This document shows positions 50,871-63,837 of a stretch of DNA of 64,000 nucleotides, in pieces (positions within the stretch are counted from its first letter, which is position 1; every line of letters begins with the position of its first letter). The position numbers were made by a program, and so were the translations under genes. Under the pieces are notes generated by a model. The model saw only the letters and a list, made by a program, of their open reading frames with translations. It searched no databases and was not told the DNA's origin. Source of the stretch: Adineta vaga (lineage: Eukaryota > Animalia > Rotifera). The stretch spans positions 8,680,001-8,744,000 of the forward strand of contig CP075496.1 in the NCBI GenBank assembly GCA_021613535.1, written 5' to 3'.

Positions 50871-52037
50871 TCAAGAATAAACTCGAACAAATGACTCAAT
50901 ATGTGTTCGACACATAGGACATGTGCGAACGCTATAACCACAACAAGTACACGTACATAAATGTCCACAGGGTAAGCATGCTATTTGTCTTTCTTCAGTA
51001 AGACAAACTACACATTCTTGGAGTTTTCCATCTGTAATTTCATTTGAACTAACTGACATACGATTTTTCGAAGGAACAATTATTTTTTGTTCATCACCTT
51101 TTATGATATCAAGTTGTTTCTGTAAAAGAAAACAACTCATACTGAATTCTTCGTCTGAAGCAAAATCGTCATGATTCAATTTTAATTGATCTTCGAGACA
51201 CCGTTTTATAATCGCTAATCGATATTGTTTCAGAAGTCTTTGAACGATAGGTAAATCTAGTCGTGCATTAACAAAGCGATTAAGTGTTTCTTGATCCAAC
51301 GTTTTCTTCTTTAGTTCATGTTGTTTTTTAGCTACTTGAATTTGACCATAAAGTTTATCACCACATAAATGTTTGGCGTACAAACAATGAGAAAACCAAC
51401 GTGCATGTTCGATCTTAGGACTATCTTTGATACCCCACTGATGCAATGATCCATTACAATAGAAACAAGTGACAACATTGTCAGCACCTGAATAGAAAAA
51501 TCCAGCATATGCTAAATCATCAGGACTTGGTGATGTTAGTGTCCACGATGGTTTTTTAAAAGATTCTACTCGACGTGATATTTCACGCATATTACTATGA
51601 TGTGGTTGAAATACGGCATTCGAATTTTGGGTCACTATTTTAAGTGTATCGTTTGATGAACTTGATGATTTCGATTGAATGAATGGACATCGTGGGCTAA
51701 GTCTTCTATGCACTTCTTCTGGGTCGTCATAAGGTGTCCATTGTTGACAAATATTATCACAATAGATACATATCACACGATCATTAATCTTGCAGGAGAA
51801 CCAACCGTTTGACGACATATCATCAGCATTAGGTTTAATATGAGGCCAATTTTTAAAGCTTTGTTTACGAGCTAATGCCATTGATTCTAATTCGTCGAAG
51901 TTATGTTGTATCTTGAGATGATCTGTAAGCTCGGATTTAAATAATAAGATTGGAGCATTTTTGATATTTTGTTCTTTAATATGGTGAAGAAGAGAATAAG
52001 AACACTGTAAAGTTGAGCCATTCACGACGTCTGACAT
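50871..52037 (-). CDS. Inhibitor of apoptosis protein (2 BIR + C-terminal RING), intronless
   Basis: Two BIR motifs (R..SF..W, CxxC, W...D.P..H...C) and a RING (CVVC...CLPCGH..C..C...CPMCR). Confidence 0.93.
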   Translation of the reverse strand: MSDVVNGSTLQCSYSLLHHIKEQNIKNAPILLFKSELTDHLKIQHNFDELESMALARKQSFKNWPHIKPNADDMSSNGWFSCKINDRVICIYCDNICQQWTPYDDPEEVHRRLSPRCPFIQSKSSSSSNDTLKIVTQNSNAVFQPHHSNMREISRRVESFKKPSWTLTSPSPDDLAYAGFFYSGADNVVTCFYCNGSLHQWGIKDSPKIEHARWFSHCLYAKHLCGDKLYGQIQVAKKQHELKKKTLDQETLNRFVNARLDLPIVQRLLKQYRLAIIKRCLEDQLKLNHDDFASDEEFSMSCFLLQKQLDIIKGDEQKIIVPSKNRMSVSSNEITDGKLQECVVCLTEERQIACLPCGHLCTCTCCGYSVRTCPMCRTHIESFVRVYS

Positions 52038-52797
52038 TACAATAGTTTATTTAACGAGTATATACGATAAGTATGGATTTATTTTCGTTATGTCATCTTC
52101 GGAGTAATTGCAGTATATATAGTCACTATGATTGGAATTTCAGAAGAAATTAACAACACAAAATGTTGGAAATTTTCTTTCGATGTCTCACTTGATTTAA
52201 ATGAGTCATGTCTGAAAAAGGAAAAAAGAAAAGGAAGAGACAGAATAGCGCAAATGGATATTGTTTTCGTACATTCATTCTTCATCAATGTATTTCAAGC
52301 TTGAATCATACATGTGTAATACTTACTCTCCCATTCTCAGAAAATAAAGAATAATATACTGTCTCACAAAAGATCCAAAATAAACATGACTGGGCTAGAT
52401 CCATATGTCATTGGCAAATCACAAAATCATTTTACATGTTAGTAGGAAGAATTTTCTTTCCAACCTTTTCTCATTTTTCGTATTTTCGTCATAAACCTCT
52501 TGTCTATTTCTTATCTCAACCACTTATTAAAATTAAAGTTTTTGCCTGCATCATTTCCTATCTTTTATTCTTTTCCTATTATTTATTTGCTTTACAAAAA
52601 AAGAAAGAAACGGAACTGTAAGAGAGAGCAAGAGAAAAAACGTGTCGACTAAAGTTTTATTGATATTAATTTTTCTTCGTTTCTTTTAACATTCACTAAC
52701 ATTGGCAATCATACGCATTTAGTTCTACAACCAGAACAAAGAAGAAGAAGAAGAAGAAGAAAAAAAATGCTTTGACATGCACTTCCATTGATGCAAA

Positions 52798-55700
52798 ATG
52801 GTATTGAAAAATCTCGTACGATATATTATTAATAAATACCTAAAAGATTATATCGAAGAATTAGATTATGAAAAACTGAAACTGGATTTAAGAAATGGTA
52901 AAAATTCTGTTGATTTAATCATATAATTTTGTATTCGCTTTATCTAGGGCATGTTTGTTTGGAAAAACTACATTTAAAACCTGAAGCACTTGTAAGTCGC
53001 TAGACAATCAATTCAGAAAAGAATTTTATTTTGAATATTTTAGGTTGATCTTAGTCTTCCGGTAACAGTCGCCGTTGGTTACCTTGGTAAATTCGATTGC
53101 ATTCAACATATTCATAAAAAAAAAGAAATTTTCGTTTTTTAGAAAAATTAAAATTAATTATTCCATGGAAAAATCTTTATCATAATCCAACAAAAGTATC
53201 AATTGATGGTCTTTATATGTTAATTGTGCCGAAAAATGGTAGGAAAGACAATTATATACAGATTCTTCTTATCTAACAGTTATCTATGTCACATTTTTAT
53301 CTCTTTGCACTTATAATATGTCGTAAACTTACCTTTGATAAGAAAGGATTGGAAAAAAAACAAATAATATTATAAGTGAGAAAAATCCAATTTAAGAAGG
53401 AAATTTTCTAACTAATCTGCATATAGAAATAACTTTTAATTTTTTCTTATTTTTTTCTCTCTTAATAGAAGTTCGTCGAGATTTTACAGGTTATTATGAA
53501 GATAAAATGTGTCGTGTCCAACGAAAAGTTGATAATCTACGAAAATCAGTATTAAGTTCGTCCAAATCTCTTTCAATACTTCTTTTGTTCCTCTTCATTG
53601 ATAAGCATTTCTAGATAATAAAAATCTTGATGAAAAAGAAACAACATTTCTCGAACGAATGCGTTTGCAAATTATGCAAAATCTTCAAATAACTATTGAT
53701 AATTTACACATTAGTTATGAAACCATATCTACAACTAAATTAGGACATCCATTTTCATTTGGTCTAACTATCTATCATCTTGAAATGATTGTAAGTACAT
53801 GTTTATTTTCTTCGGAGAAAATTTTCATAATGAAAAGAATCATTTAGACAACAACAAATCAGAAATCAATTGGAAGAAATAAAGAAAATTCAACAGTTAT
53901 TTTTAAAGTAAATTCAAGTTTTAAAAAAAAATATATATTTCCATTAATAAATAAATATTTAGATGAAAGAAATGCATGCACTTTCACTATATTGGAATAC
54001 AAAATGTAAATCAAGAATTGATATGTCATTCGATGATGTCGTAGTTAGTAATGCAAAAATCTTTTTCTATACAATTTCAATCGATTCATATATATATATA
54101 TATTTAGAAAGATTTAAAACTAAAAATTGCGACAAATGAATATCTACCAAACGATGATGAAATGAATTATAGTTTGTAGAATTTTATTAATTGTCTTTCT
54201 TAAAACTCTTATTTTCAAATAGTTCTTCGTCCAGTAAATCCCATGATTGATTTAACGATTATCTTACAACCTGGAGAATATAATTTCCAACGTCCAACAT
54301 ATGATATTGACATTCAAATTGATCAATTAGATCTGCATATTGATCCGAAACAATTTTCAGATTTACTTGATTTTATGAAATTTCAAAATTATAGTAAACT
54401 TTACGGTATGGTTATTCATGCTTACATATTCTTATTCTTCGTCTTCTTTCCTACAGATCGTTGTCGAGAATATCGTGAATTACAAATGCAATTATTGATT
54501 GATAATCAAATATTAACAAACGAACAAAAAGAACGTATTCAAGTAAGTTTATTTTGTCAAACAATCGATATTCATAAGAATTCATTTCAAAGTATTTGGA
54601 ATCAAAATTGGATGTATTCAATCTTGCTTATATCCGTCATCAAGTTGAATTAGAAACAAATCCTTTAATAACAGTCAAGCATCATCATCATCATCATCGA
54701 ACATTTCACCGTCATCATCATCCGAAAACGAATCGAATGACAGCTTCATCCGTTTCTCCAACAAATCATCATAAATGGTGGAATTCCTGGTGGAAAACAA
54801 AAACTAATGGTGAAGAAGGTAATTAATCTCTTCAATTTCAGGATTTTATAAATAGTACTCAATTCAGAACGTCGAAGATCATCTGTATGTGAATCAATAA
54901 CAACAAATGGTGATCTTTTTTCCGATGATGTACGTGACTTATGATATTAATCGTTGGATTTATCTCTATTTTGTGGGGGTTTTTTCCTAGTCACCAAATA
55001 TTGATGTCGAAGTGAAAGTTCGTAATTTAACATTGAATTTATCATTTCCACAAAACAAAAATCGAGTTTTATTAACAGAGAATAATATTCTTTGTCCAAT
55101 TCAAATTACCAATGCTCGAATTGATTTCAAACGACGAGCAATTTCATCAAATATTTTGTAAGTATAACAAGTTCTATTCTCTCTCTCTCTCTTTACTACA
55201 GAATTCATTAGATTTATTATTGATTTACAATCATTATCTTTATTTGGTATGCAAACTATTAATCAATCACGACCATTATTAGTAACAGCAGTTTCCATGT
55301 CATCTCTTTCATTGATACATAGTGAATTGGAACTATCTCCAATGGATAAAAAGTCGGATTATCGTTTGAATTTTGTTATACAACCACTTAAGATAACATA
55401 TGATGCGGTAAGTTAAGCAGATAATATGTTTTCAGAAAGATTGTTAATCATTATATTGATATATTCTACATATTTTAGCCAACAATTAATCATATTGTTG
55501 AATGTTTTGATACAAATATTACTGATCAATGGCCTACAACGTCTGAGTTCGTTTTATAAATCGATATGATGAATCGAATTCTATCTGATTATTTTCTTGT
55601 GTAGAATTACACAAAGAACAATTGAAGAAATGGAACAAGATCTTTCAAGAGAAAAGATTTTTGATATGACACTTCAATTACAAGGAATTTCATTGATATT

Positions 55701-56765
55701 ACCTGGAAATGACATGAAGTATATTAAAATATGTCTTTTTCTCACTAAATCTCACGGATTTTTCTTTGCTATAGTCATCCTTCGAAGATTAATATTGGTT
55801 TTAGTAGTTTAATATTACAATCATGTTTGGATAATCATAAAGATGAAAATAGTTTAGTAACTCAGGTACAATCACTTATAGAATTACTAATCTATTCGAA
55901 AATTTTCTCGTTTTTCTTCGTATATAGGAAGAATTACAATGCTTACGTTTTTACACAAAATATAATTTGAAATTAAATGATCTGCAAATCATCTACTCAT
56001 CCTCTCGTAATAATTTCCTTCGCTATCTTCAATTACAATAATTCATCTGTCATTTTCTAGGTAAACAATCAGTGCACATCTTACGACGAATACCATTAGT
56101 TAATACTGACTTTTACAAATGTATTTATACAAATGATACAAATTTAGTCAAGTAGAATTAACACCCATAAAATATCTGTTTGATTTTTTTTATATATAGT
56201 TGGCGTATGGTCGTGAGTATTGAAAAAATGAATCGAATTGAATTATCGACAATAATTCTGATAGAATTAATTCAACATTTACAATCTGTTCCATTACTTT
56301 ATTCAAACATGATGGAAACTTTACATCGAATTAATCTATATTGTAAATCTTCTTTCGTTTCATTTATTTCTTTTTGAATAATTTCATTTTTCTTTTTCAG
56401 TTACTATATTTCCACCACGAACAACTGTTGACATCGATTTTAGTATCGAGAAATGCTTTCTTCTTCTAACGCAATCTTATACAACAGTAAACACGGGTAA
56501 AATTTTCTATTATTCTTATTTTAAGAAATTTCTTTTTGGTTTATCAAAGATATTTATTGTCATATGTCAAAAACGAGAAATAACAAAGAGATTACAATTT
56601 TATTGAAGAATTTAATCATGTTACATCAAAAGAATTTCTCGTAAGATTTCAATTATTTTCTATTTAATTATTTTTTATGATGATTTATTTAGAATGCCGT
56701 ATAAATTTTATCAGAATGACTCAATAAAATTTATTTCTAATAATGATCTGATCGATAGACTGTGA
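52798..56765 (+). CDS. VPS13: Short VPS13A/C-like protein: chorein-N plus N-terminal lipid-channel region only
   Basis: MVLKNLVRYIINKYLKDYIEELD...LKPEAL..L.LPV.V..G.L.KL.L.IPWKNLY, NLQITIDNLHISYE, HPFSFGLT, YWNT and PLKITYDAPTINHIVE match VPS13. More than 20 short exons. Apparent stop at 56763-56765. The 3' exons are less certain. Confidence 0.75.
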
Positions 56766-56959
56766 TATTTTTTTTTAGGATATTTACACATATTAGTAAT
56801 AAATAAAACTGATATCACAAACGAACAAAGTCCAACTGAATACAACATGTCAATCGAGATATAAAATGTACTCAGCTGACCTCTAGAACGAAAGGTTAGA
56901 TATCAGTACATTGTGTAATCGACGAACATGATAACTATAGAAAAGATAGAAACAGAATA

Positions 56960-58180
56960 AACAAAGTGCATATCGTACGATTTATCCGATGAAGCGTCAT
57001 TTATCCTATACATGTACTAGTTAGCTTGAAATCTTTTCAATTGTATGAATAAAAAAATAATGTATCATCTATCTGTTCGCATAGAATTCGATGATAGCAT
57101 ATTATTGATCACAACCATAAATATACATTGGAATAAATGAATTTTATTGAATAACTAGAAAGCCAATGATTTGATTTCAGGGTTTCTTTTAATTTTATCT
57201 AATGTACTTTTATAACCTTTATGAAAATATAAAAGATTCAGATTGTGTTCTCTTTTTGACAATAATAATTCTAGATAAACGTAGTAAATGAATGATATTT
57301 TCAGTATCAAATCCATCGCAAGTGATACGCAAATGAGTCAACTGTGATACAGTAAGAATCTTTTGCAGATGATCGATTGTTTAATCAATACTAATTGTGA
57401 AAATCTGCATAGAAATAAGTTCCGTAGCGTTTGGAAAGTAATTCGTACAGCTCATTAAAGCTTTGTTGCCTTGAATATGGAATACTATGTACAGAAATCA
57501 AATTCATTATGATTAGTAAATAATTAAGTTTGATGAAAGAGATTTTCATAGCCTTGTCATGGAGGTCAGATATAACATTTCATGAAAGACGTCGAAAGTT
57601 GCAGAACATATGATAGAACACAATTCAATTCATTGAAATCCGCTAAACGGTCGATAGTTAAATATTGAATAGAACTGAATTGATCAGTCGCCATCGATAA
57701 TAGATTCGACTGAGAACTTGATGTAAAAGATAGTAAACGACTTTGGTTTTAACTGGATCGATTAAATTAAGAACTAATGAATGCAGATTCAGTAGTTAGA
57801 AGTAAATATTTAAGAAGATTGTTTACAAATGTTGTTTCAATATGATTAAATATAAGTAGTTCAAGACGAAGAAATTGTTGAATAATAATGCTTGGGAGTG
57901 AAAAGTAACGATCAATAAGAAATGGTTGGGATAAACAAATCGATTGAATTCGAGATCTATTCGAAAGAATAATATGTTTATGATAATGTTAAAATACAGT
58001 TTTTGATACAGATGAAGTATTAATTCTAATTGGCGATGTTGAATAGATAAGTAAATTATGAAATCGTTTTATTCCGATTTGAAAAAGATGTATGAATATG
58101 ATAAAGATCTAAGAATTCCATTATTTCATACATTAATTCATTAGGTAAATCTTTTCAAAACGAGTCTGAGTTCTATCATG
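56960..58180 (-). pseudogene. Decayed F-box-like/LRR gene, same family as 6276-8000
   Basis: DLPNELMYEIMEFLDLYHIHTSFSN, RFHNLL, RIQSICLS and FLRLELL are recognisable but broken by several frameshifts and stops. The 3' end is approximate. Confidence 0.7.
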
Positions 58181-58567
58181 TATTTCAATCAATCTATTCG
58201 ATTGGACTATTATCATAAAAATAAACAAATCTTATTTTATAACATAATTCGATTCGGAATTGCTTGTATGTTATGCAATAACGTGTTATTCATATGTCCT
58301 TCTGCACAGAATATATGAAACAGAACGTGGAAAGAGACGTGTCATTAAAACAGATTTTCAATTTCATTGAAAGATTTTTCTTACGTAATTCTTAACTAAG
58401 ACAGCTAATGTTTTTTACACGTGTAAAATCTTTGTCTTTTCTTTCACCTTATCGTATTTCACACTTTCTACAATAAACAATGACACGCATTATACTATAA
58501 AAAGTGTTTTTTTTACTTTATAGGCAATATAATATCGATCTTCCGGTAAATCGTTCTTTGCAAAAGA

Positions 58568-59587
58568 ATGGCAACATCAAATTCACAAAAAGCACCGTGT
58601 GTGACTTGTGGTAAAGTAACGGGTCTCTTCACCTGTCGTGGATGTCAACAAGATTTTTGTACACGTCATGTTGCAGAACATCGACAAGAATTAGGAAAAC
58701 AAATGGATGAATTATCATTTGAACATGACCGTTTACGGCAGATTTTACTTGAACCAACAACAGATCTGAAATTACATCCGTTCATAATAGATATCAATGA
58801 ATGGGAACAACAATCAATCGATAGAATTCATCAAATAGCTAATGATGCTCGAAAACAGTTGGAAATATCGATATTGATTCATCGAACAAAATTCAATGAG
58901 GATCTGACTAAGATTGCAAATGAATTAAAAAAAGCGCATGAAGATGATGATTATTTTGAAACTGATTTAAGACAATGGATAGAAAAAATAGATCAGCTGA
59001 AAAAAGAGCTCATTCAACCATCAAATGTGAAACTTTCTCGAGTATATAATGATATTCTTTCATCCATCCCAAGAGTGATTGAAACTACTTCATCTAAAGA
59101 AGTCTTTCAACAATCGACGGATGGAGTTCAAATAGAAGAAAATGGTCACGTTATTACTAAAACTATACGTTCTACTCATGCAACAGTACGTGGTAGTGGT
59201 GAATATACGAACGGTCAACATCAATTTCGATTTAGAATCGAGCGATATTCTCAACCTGGATGGATACAGATTGCAATTGTATGTAAAAATATACCTCTTC
59301 AAGCAAATTGTTATGACACTCGATCATTATATGGTTGGGCGGGATCTAATCAAGTTTATATTGATGGAAAAAATTATCAAGGACATAATGGATATCAGGT
59401 CGATATAGAAACAAATGATATATTAGAATTCATCGTTGATTGTGATCGACGAATCATCCGTTTAACCAACGAACGTACACATTCATCATCTATACTGAAT
59501 ATTGATATACAGCATTGTCCATTTCCATGGCAACTTAGTTTTGGTCTTTACAATCTACAAGATCGTGTTCGCATTCTCCATGCATGA
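58568..59587 (+). CDS. B-box-like zinc finger + coiled coil + SPRY/B30.2-like protein (TRIM-like, no RING), intronless
   Basis: CVTC...CRGC...FC..H...HR, then a coiled coil, then a beta-rich domain (GQHQFRFRIE, YGWAG, DILEFIVDCD, PWQL). Confidence 0.85.
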   Translation: MATSNSQKAPCVTCGKVTGLFTCRGCQQDFCTRHVAEHRQELGKQMDELSFEHDRLRQILLEPTTDLKLHPFIIDINEWEQQSIDRIHQIANDARKQLEISILIHRTKFNEDLTKIANELKKAHEDDDYFETDLRQWIEKIDQLKKELIQPSNVKLSRVYNDILSSIPRVIETTSSKEVFQQSTDGVQIEENGHVITKTIRSTHATVRGSGEYTNGQHQFRFRIERYSQPGWIQIAIVCKNIPLQANCYDTRSLYGWAGSNQVYIDGKNYQGHNGYQVDIETNDILEFIVDCDRRIIRLTNERTHSSSILNIDIQHCPFPWQLSFGLYNLQDRVRILHA

Positions 59588-59765
59588 TTCGTTCTTATTA
59601 AGAAATAATCAAAATCTCTATAAAAATCCTTCGAGAGTTATTTTATACATCGTATGTCTTGCAATGAACTCAATGATTATCTGAGACACACAACATTCGT
59701 TGTATCTATCATTCATCAAGTTTAATTAGTATCTCATATGTGTGCTTTTTTCTATTCATTTAAGA

Positions 59766-59968
59766 AACCTGACTAACGGTGTGCGTGTGATCGATGAGAT
59801 GTGTCATAGATAAAATCGATACAAATCATCAAAATGATGTCGTAATGTACATACCACCCATCGAAACGACAATTTCTATCGTTCATAAGTTTCAAATTGC
59901 ACTAAAAGGAAGAGAATCATTTGAATTCGTTTGCAGAAATCCTTTATCACCGAGTCGGGTTGTTTTTT
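59766..59968 (+). ncRNA. Candidate structured RNA or MITE-like element (tentative)
   Basis: 14-bp terminal stem with an AA bulge and one G-U pair (59766-59781 with 59948-59961), internal hairpins, then T6. Confidence 0.25.
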
Positions 59969-60111
59969 ATTTTATTGTCTCCAAATAAACATACCTAAGC
60001 AGACCATTTTAGAATTACATAAAACTATGAACACAAAAGAAAAATGACAAATATATTGATGGATATTTCAGACGTCTGTTCTAATAATAAGACATCAGGA
60101 GCATGTGTTGA

Positions 60112-60360
60112 TTATTTTGTTGATTCATTCTTTTTTTCTAAACGAAGTTTTGTTATATTATCTTCGATACTCTTGATGGTACTCATTTTCAGCTCATGAT
60201 ATTGACGTAATTTCGCATCTTGTTGCTTTTCTAATTCATTGAATTCTTGTTGAAGTTCATGATGCCATGGATATAAAACGGTTACTTGAAAGCCTAAAGC
60301 CACCGATGCGATGAGAAAATTGACGAATGGCAGATATTTTTGAACGAGACGATGGACCAT
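60112..60360 (-). CDS. Small single-TM coiled-coil protein (FQVxVLYPWH motif)
   Basis: 82-aa intronless ORF: TM PFVNFLIASVALGFQVTVLYPW followed by a coiled coil. Confidence 0.75.
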   Translation of the reverse strand: MVHRLVQKYLPFVNFLIASVALGFQVTVLYPWHHELQQEFNELEKQQDAKLRQYHELKMSTIKSIEDNITKLRLEKKNESTK

Positions 60361-62466
60361 CTTATCTTGATTAAAGTGTACTTTTAAAAAGTCTTGTGTT
60401 ATTGTTATTTTTAACGAAGTAAATAATGAGTGTGTTTTCGTCGATGATGCTGAGAAGAACAGAAAAAGTAACTTGTCGTCCTTTGCACCACCATTGTGAC
60501 GCTACATCAACAACCAATCAAATGTTACATAGAATGATCCAATGAGAAATCAGATGTTCAAAATAAACAGAAATACCCCATCTACATTAATGTAGAAAAC
60601 GAAAAAGAATCTTCATAAATGATGAAATTCTTTGAAATTTTAATAGAGTTATATAAAAACAATCATTGTCTATTCGGGATCCTGTTGTTATAGAAACCTC
60701 AGAGGCGGTAATCGATTGATTTTCTTTCGTGTTCGAACATGTTTAATGTATTTCATTGAAACTGCTACCTGACATCTAGAAATCGATTCTTTATTTATAT
60801 AGTTATATCATCAATCGTACATATTAGTCAGAGAAGATAAATGATCTACGTAATTACGTTACTATATCCGACCATGTCATGTTTTGTATACTCTGAGTTG
60901 AGAGTTTAACGATCGCTAATAAAAGATAAGAGATATAATTTCTTTTCTTTTTTTCACACAAAAATATACCAATTTTCATAAGGAAAAGAAAACATTGGAA
61001 TATCATACATTAATTACAATCCACTTCCTTCGTCTGAACTATCGGAAACGTTATTTACAAACTAAGATTTTCTGAGAACAAAGAAGACTAAATAATAACC
61101 TATGTTGTATTTTCTTTCACACATAAAATGTCACACCATAAATAATGAAAAATCACTACTGATTTCACTGAAATGTTCAAAAAAAATTCATTCATCCTCG
61201 ACAAATAAGGATTCTTTTTTTCTAATTCTGATTAGTCTAGCTATATTATTCAACTATTATGCTTCATCAACCATATTGTTATATTCTCTACGGAATCATA
61301 TTTATTCAATGCAATCGGAAAAGATAAAATAAAGGTACTGTTCTTTTGATTTCTCAACGGTAAAGAAAACAACTCAATCATCCAAACTATTTCTTTCCAC
61401 ATGTCATTAAATCAGTTATTAGTTTACAATTGACTTGAACGAAATCATTTTGTATTATATATCGATTTCGAGAGCAACTAATATACTAATAAGAAATGTC
61501 TTGTTAACTTATCATCATCTTCGTTTCTTTTTCCTTTACGTTCATTCTTATCGATGCTGTTATTATTGTTCTAGTTATTTAATTTTTCTTTCTTTTTTAC
61601 TCTCTCTCTCTCTCGTAACAGTGGTTATAAAAAAAGAAGAAGAAGAAAGAAATATACGTAAACTCTAGTGGAACAAAAAAGCAAAAGAAGAAAAAACGAT
61701 GAAGAAAAAAAATTCAAATTCACAACACCATTTTATTCTTTTCTTTTATTCGACTACTGATAGATGCTTGTGCGTTTTGTCTACATCGAGTGTTCTTGAC
61801 ATATATTCTCATTCAATTTCTTATGTGCATTCATTCAATGCAACGATTAGATGTATATGAATATAAAACGTGTGTTTGTATCTTCTGAAAAAAAGTAGAT
61901 CATTCAAGGTAAGATAGCAATTTTATAACAATCAAATCAAAGAAAATGAAACCTCTATAATGCTCACATACATACATTCATTCATTCATTGGTTGCTATT
62001 TGTCGACTAACAGTAGTAACATTGAAAAAAACGACTTCTTTACTACACTTGCCTACCATCCTTGCCATTGAATATTTACTTATTTCTATCATTTTTTGAC
62101 TTTTTCGTTCCTTTTATTCCATGTTATCAACTGATAACTATTTCATTTACAACTTTGTCATATGTTCAATCTATTCTTTAACGAGATAAGTCTCATGTTA
62201 ATATTCTTTCAATAGTAAATACATGAACATACATATTGGAAATCATAAAAACAAGATATAATAGTATTTTTCTTCAGTTTATAATTACATTGCATGTCAT
62301 AATCCTTTTTTTCTCATTTCGATTATTTGCATTGTTATTGGAAACCATTAATTAGGTTTTTTTCTTCTTTTCTATTATTGATTTATTTTAATTCAAAAAT
62401 AAGAATTTAAATCGATATTATATGATTAAATTTTCTTTCGTTCTTTTTCCTTTAGATAATCATCCA

Positions 62467-63219
62467 ATGGTGAATATGTCTAGTAGTAATAATAGCACAC
62501 CACGTTCAACATCTCGTCAATATTCACCAACAGGAATCAATACAAGTCCTGGTGCTCGTTCAACTATTGATGAATTTCGTGAAATTGTACGTGAACAATC
62601 TTTTGTCCTTCCAAATAATTCGTCATCTGAACAAGTTCCAGTAAAACGATATCCACCATTACCTGATATTACCGTACCAAATAATCCCTTCTTTCGTACA
62701 GAAGCCACTTTAACTACGCCAAAATCCACTCAACCAAAAAAACAAATGTTCTACCATTTTGCACCAACACAACGAGCACATTTACCAGCATTAAATAAAC
62801 GTAATAATTTACCGACAATGTCTAATGTTATGGACCTAGACGAAGATCTTCCTCAATGTCATACAACTATTGCACATCGTGCAGCGACATATACATCACC
62901 AGGTGACCGAGTTATATCACCGATCAAAAGACCGTCAGCACCTTCACCACCGGCAAGTGCACATTTGAAACGACCTGGTCAAAATACTTATGCTTATGGT
63001 GATGACGATGATGAGAATTATTCCGAATTAGAAGAAAACGATGATGATGATGATAGTCAATCATTTGACGAACAAACTTATCGTTATAATCAACAACCAG
63101 TAACAATAATGAATCGTCGGATCGATCATTATAGTCAGGATAACCGTTTTATAGATATGAATCATACTCATCATAATGAACGTTCGCATCCATTGAACGC
63201 AATCAGTTTTGAACCGTGA
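62467..63219 (+). CDS. Uncharacterised disordered Pro/Ser-rich protein with an acidic tract
   Basis: 250-aa ORF after acceptor cctttag at about 62456. A probable upstream non-coding exon ends at the donor caag|gtaaga near 61908. Confidence 0.65.
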   Translation: MVNMSSSNNSTPRSTSRQYSPTGINTSPGARSTIDEFREIVREQSFVLPNNSSSEQVPVKRYPPLPDITVPNNPFFRTEATLTTPKSTQPKKQMFYHFAPTQRAHLPALNKRNNLPTMSNVMDLDEDLPQCHTTIAHRAATYTSPGDRVISPIKRPSAPSPPASAHLKRPGQNTYAYGDDDDENYSELEENDDDDDSQSFDEQTYRYNQQPVTIMNRRIDHYSQDNRFIDMNHTHHNERSHPLNAISFEP

Positions 63220-63837
63220 AAATTGATAAATTTGTTTTATTCATAAACAGAATTTCTTTTTTTTCTTATTCTTATTATTGAAGAATGAAAAATAGATTTT
63301 GATTTTTCTTTTTATTTCGAAATTTTCTGTTAGATATATATAAATAATAATTTGATATCGGTAAATAAAAACATTAAATTTCAATGATCTAATTCTAATA
63401 AATTCTTACAACTTTTGTAGTTAATAATAACATAGAATATTGCTACTATGACGATATGAATATATTAGAAAGAAAAAAGTTGTAATTGTAAAAGTAGATG
63501 ACTTTCTCATCCATTATGTCAAATACATCAATAAAATTCAATTTTGATTTTTAAAGAGATTATTGAATAAACTATATGATACATTTCTTTTTCAAGTATT
63601 TGATAGTTTATTTATATTGATACAATAGAATTGATTGAAATATTCTTTCTTTTATATGTATATCAAGTTGTATAATCTCTCGTACATAAGCTATAAAAAT
63701 GACGAAGGTTATTGATTTCTTCTGAATGAAAGAAATATTGAGATTGATTTGTCAATACTGTATCTAGATTCCTTTTCTCATTTTACTCTAAGAGACATTT
63801 GTATTTTATGATCAATGATTTGTACATGAATTGAATT

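Noticed and set aside
59850-59862. ccaccca as a telomerase RNA template inside the candidate ncRNA
   Set aside because: Only 6 nt match a (TGTGGG)n-type repeat. A template needs about 1.5 repeats.
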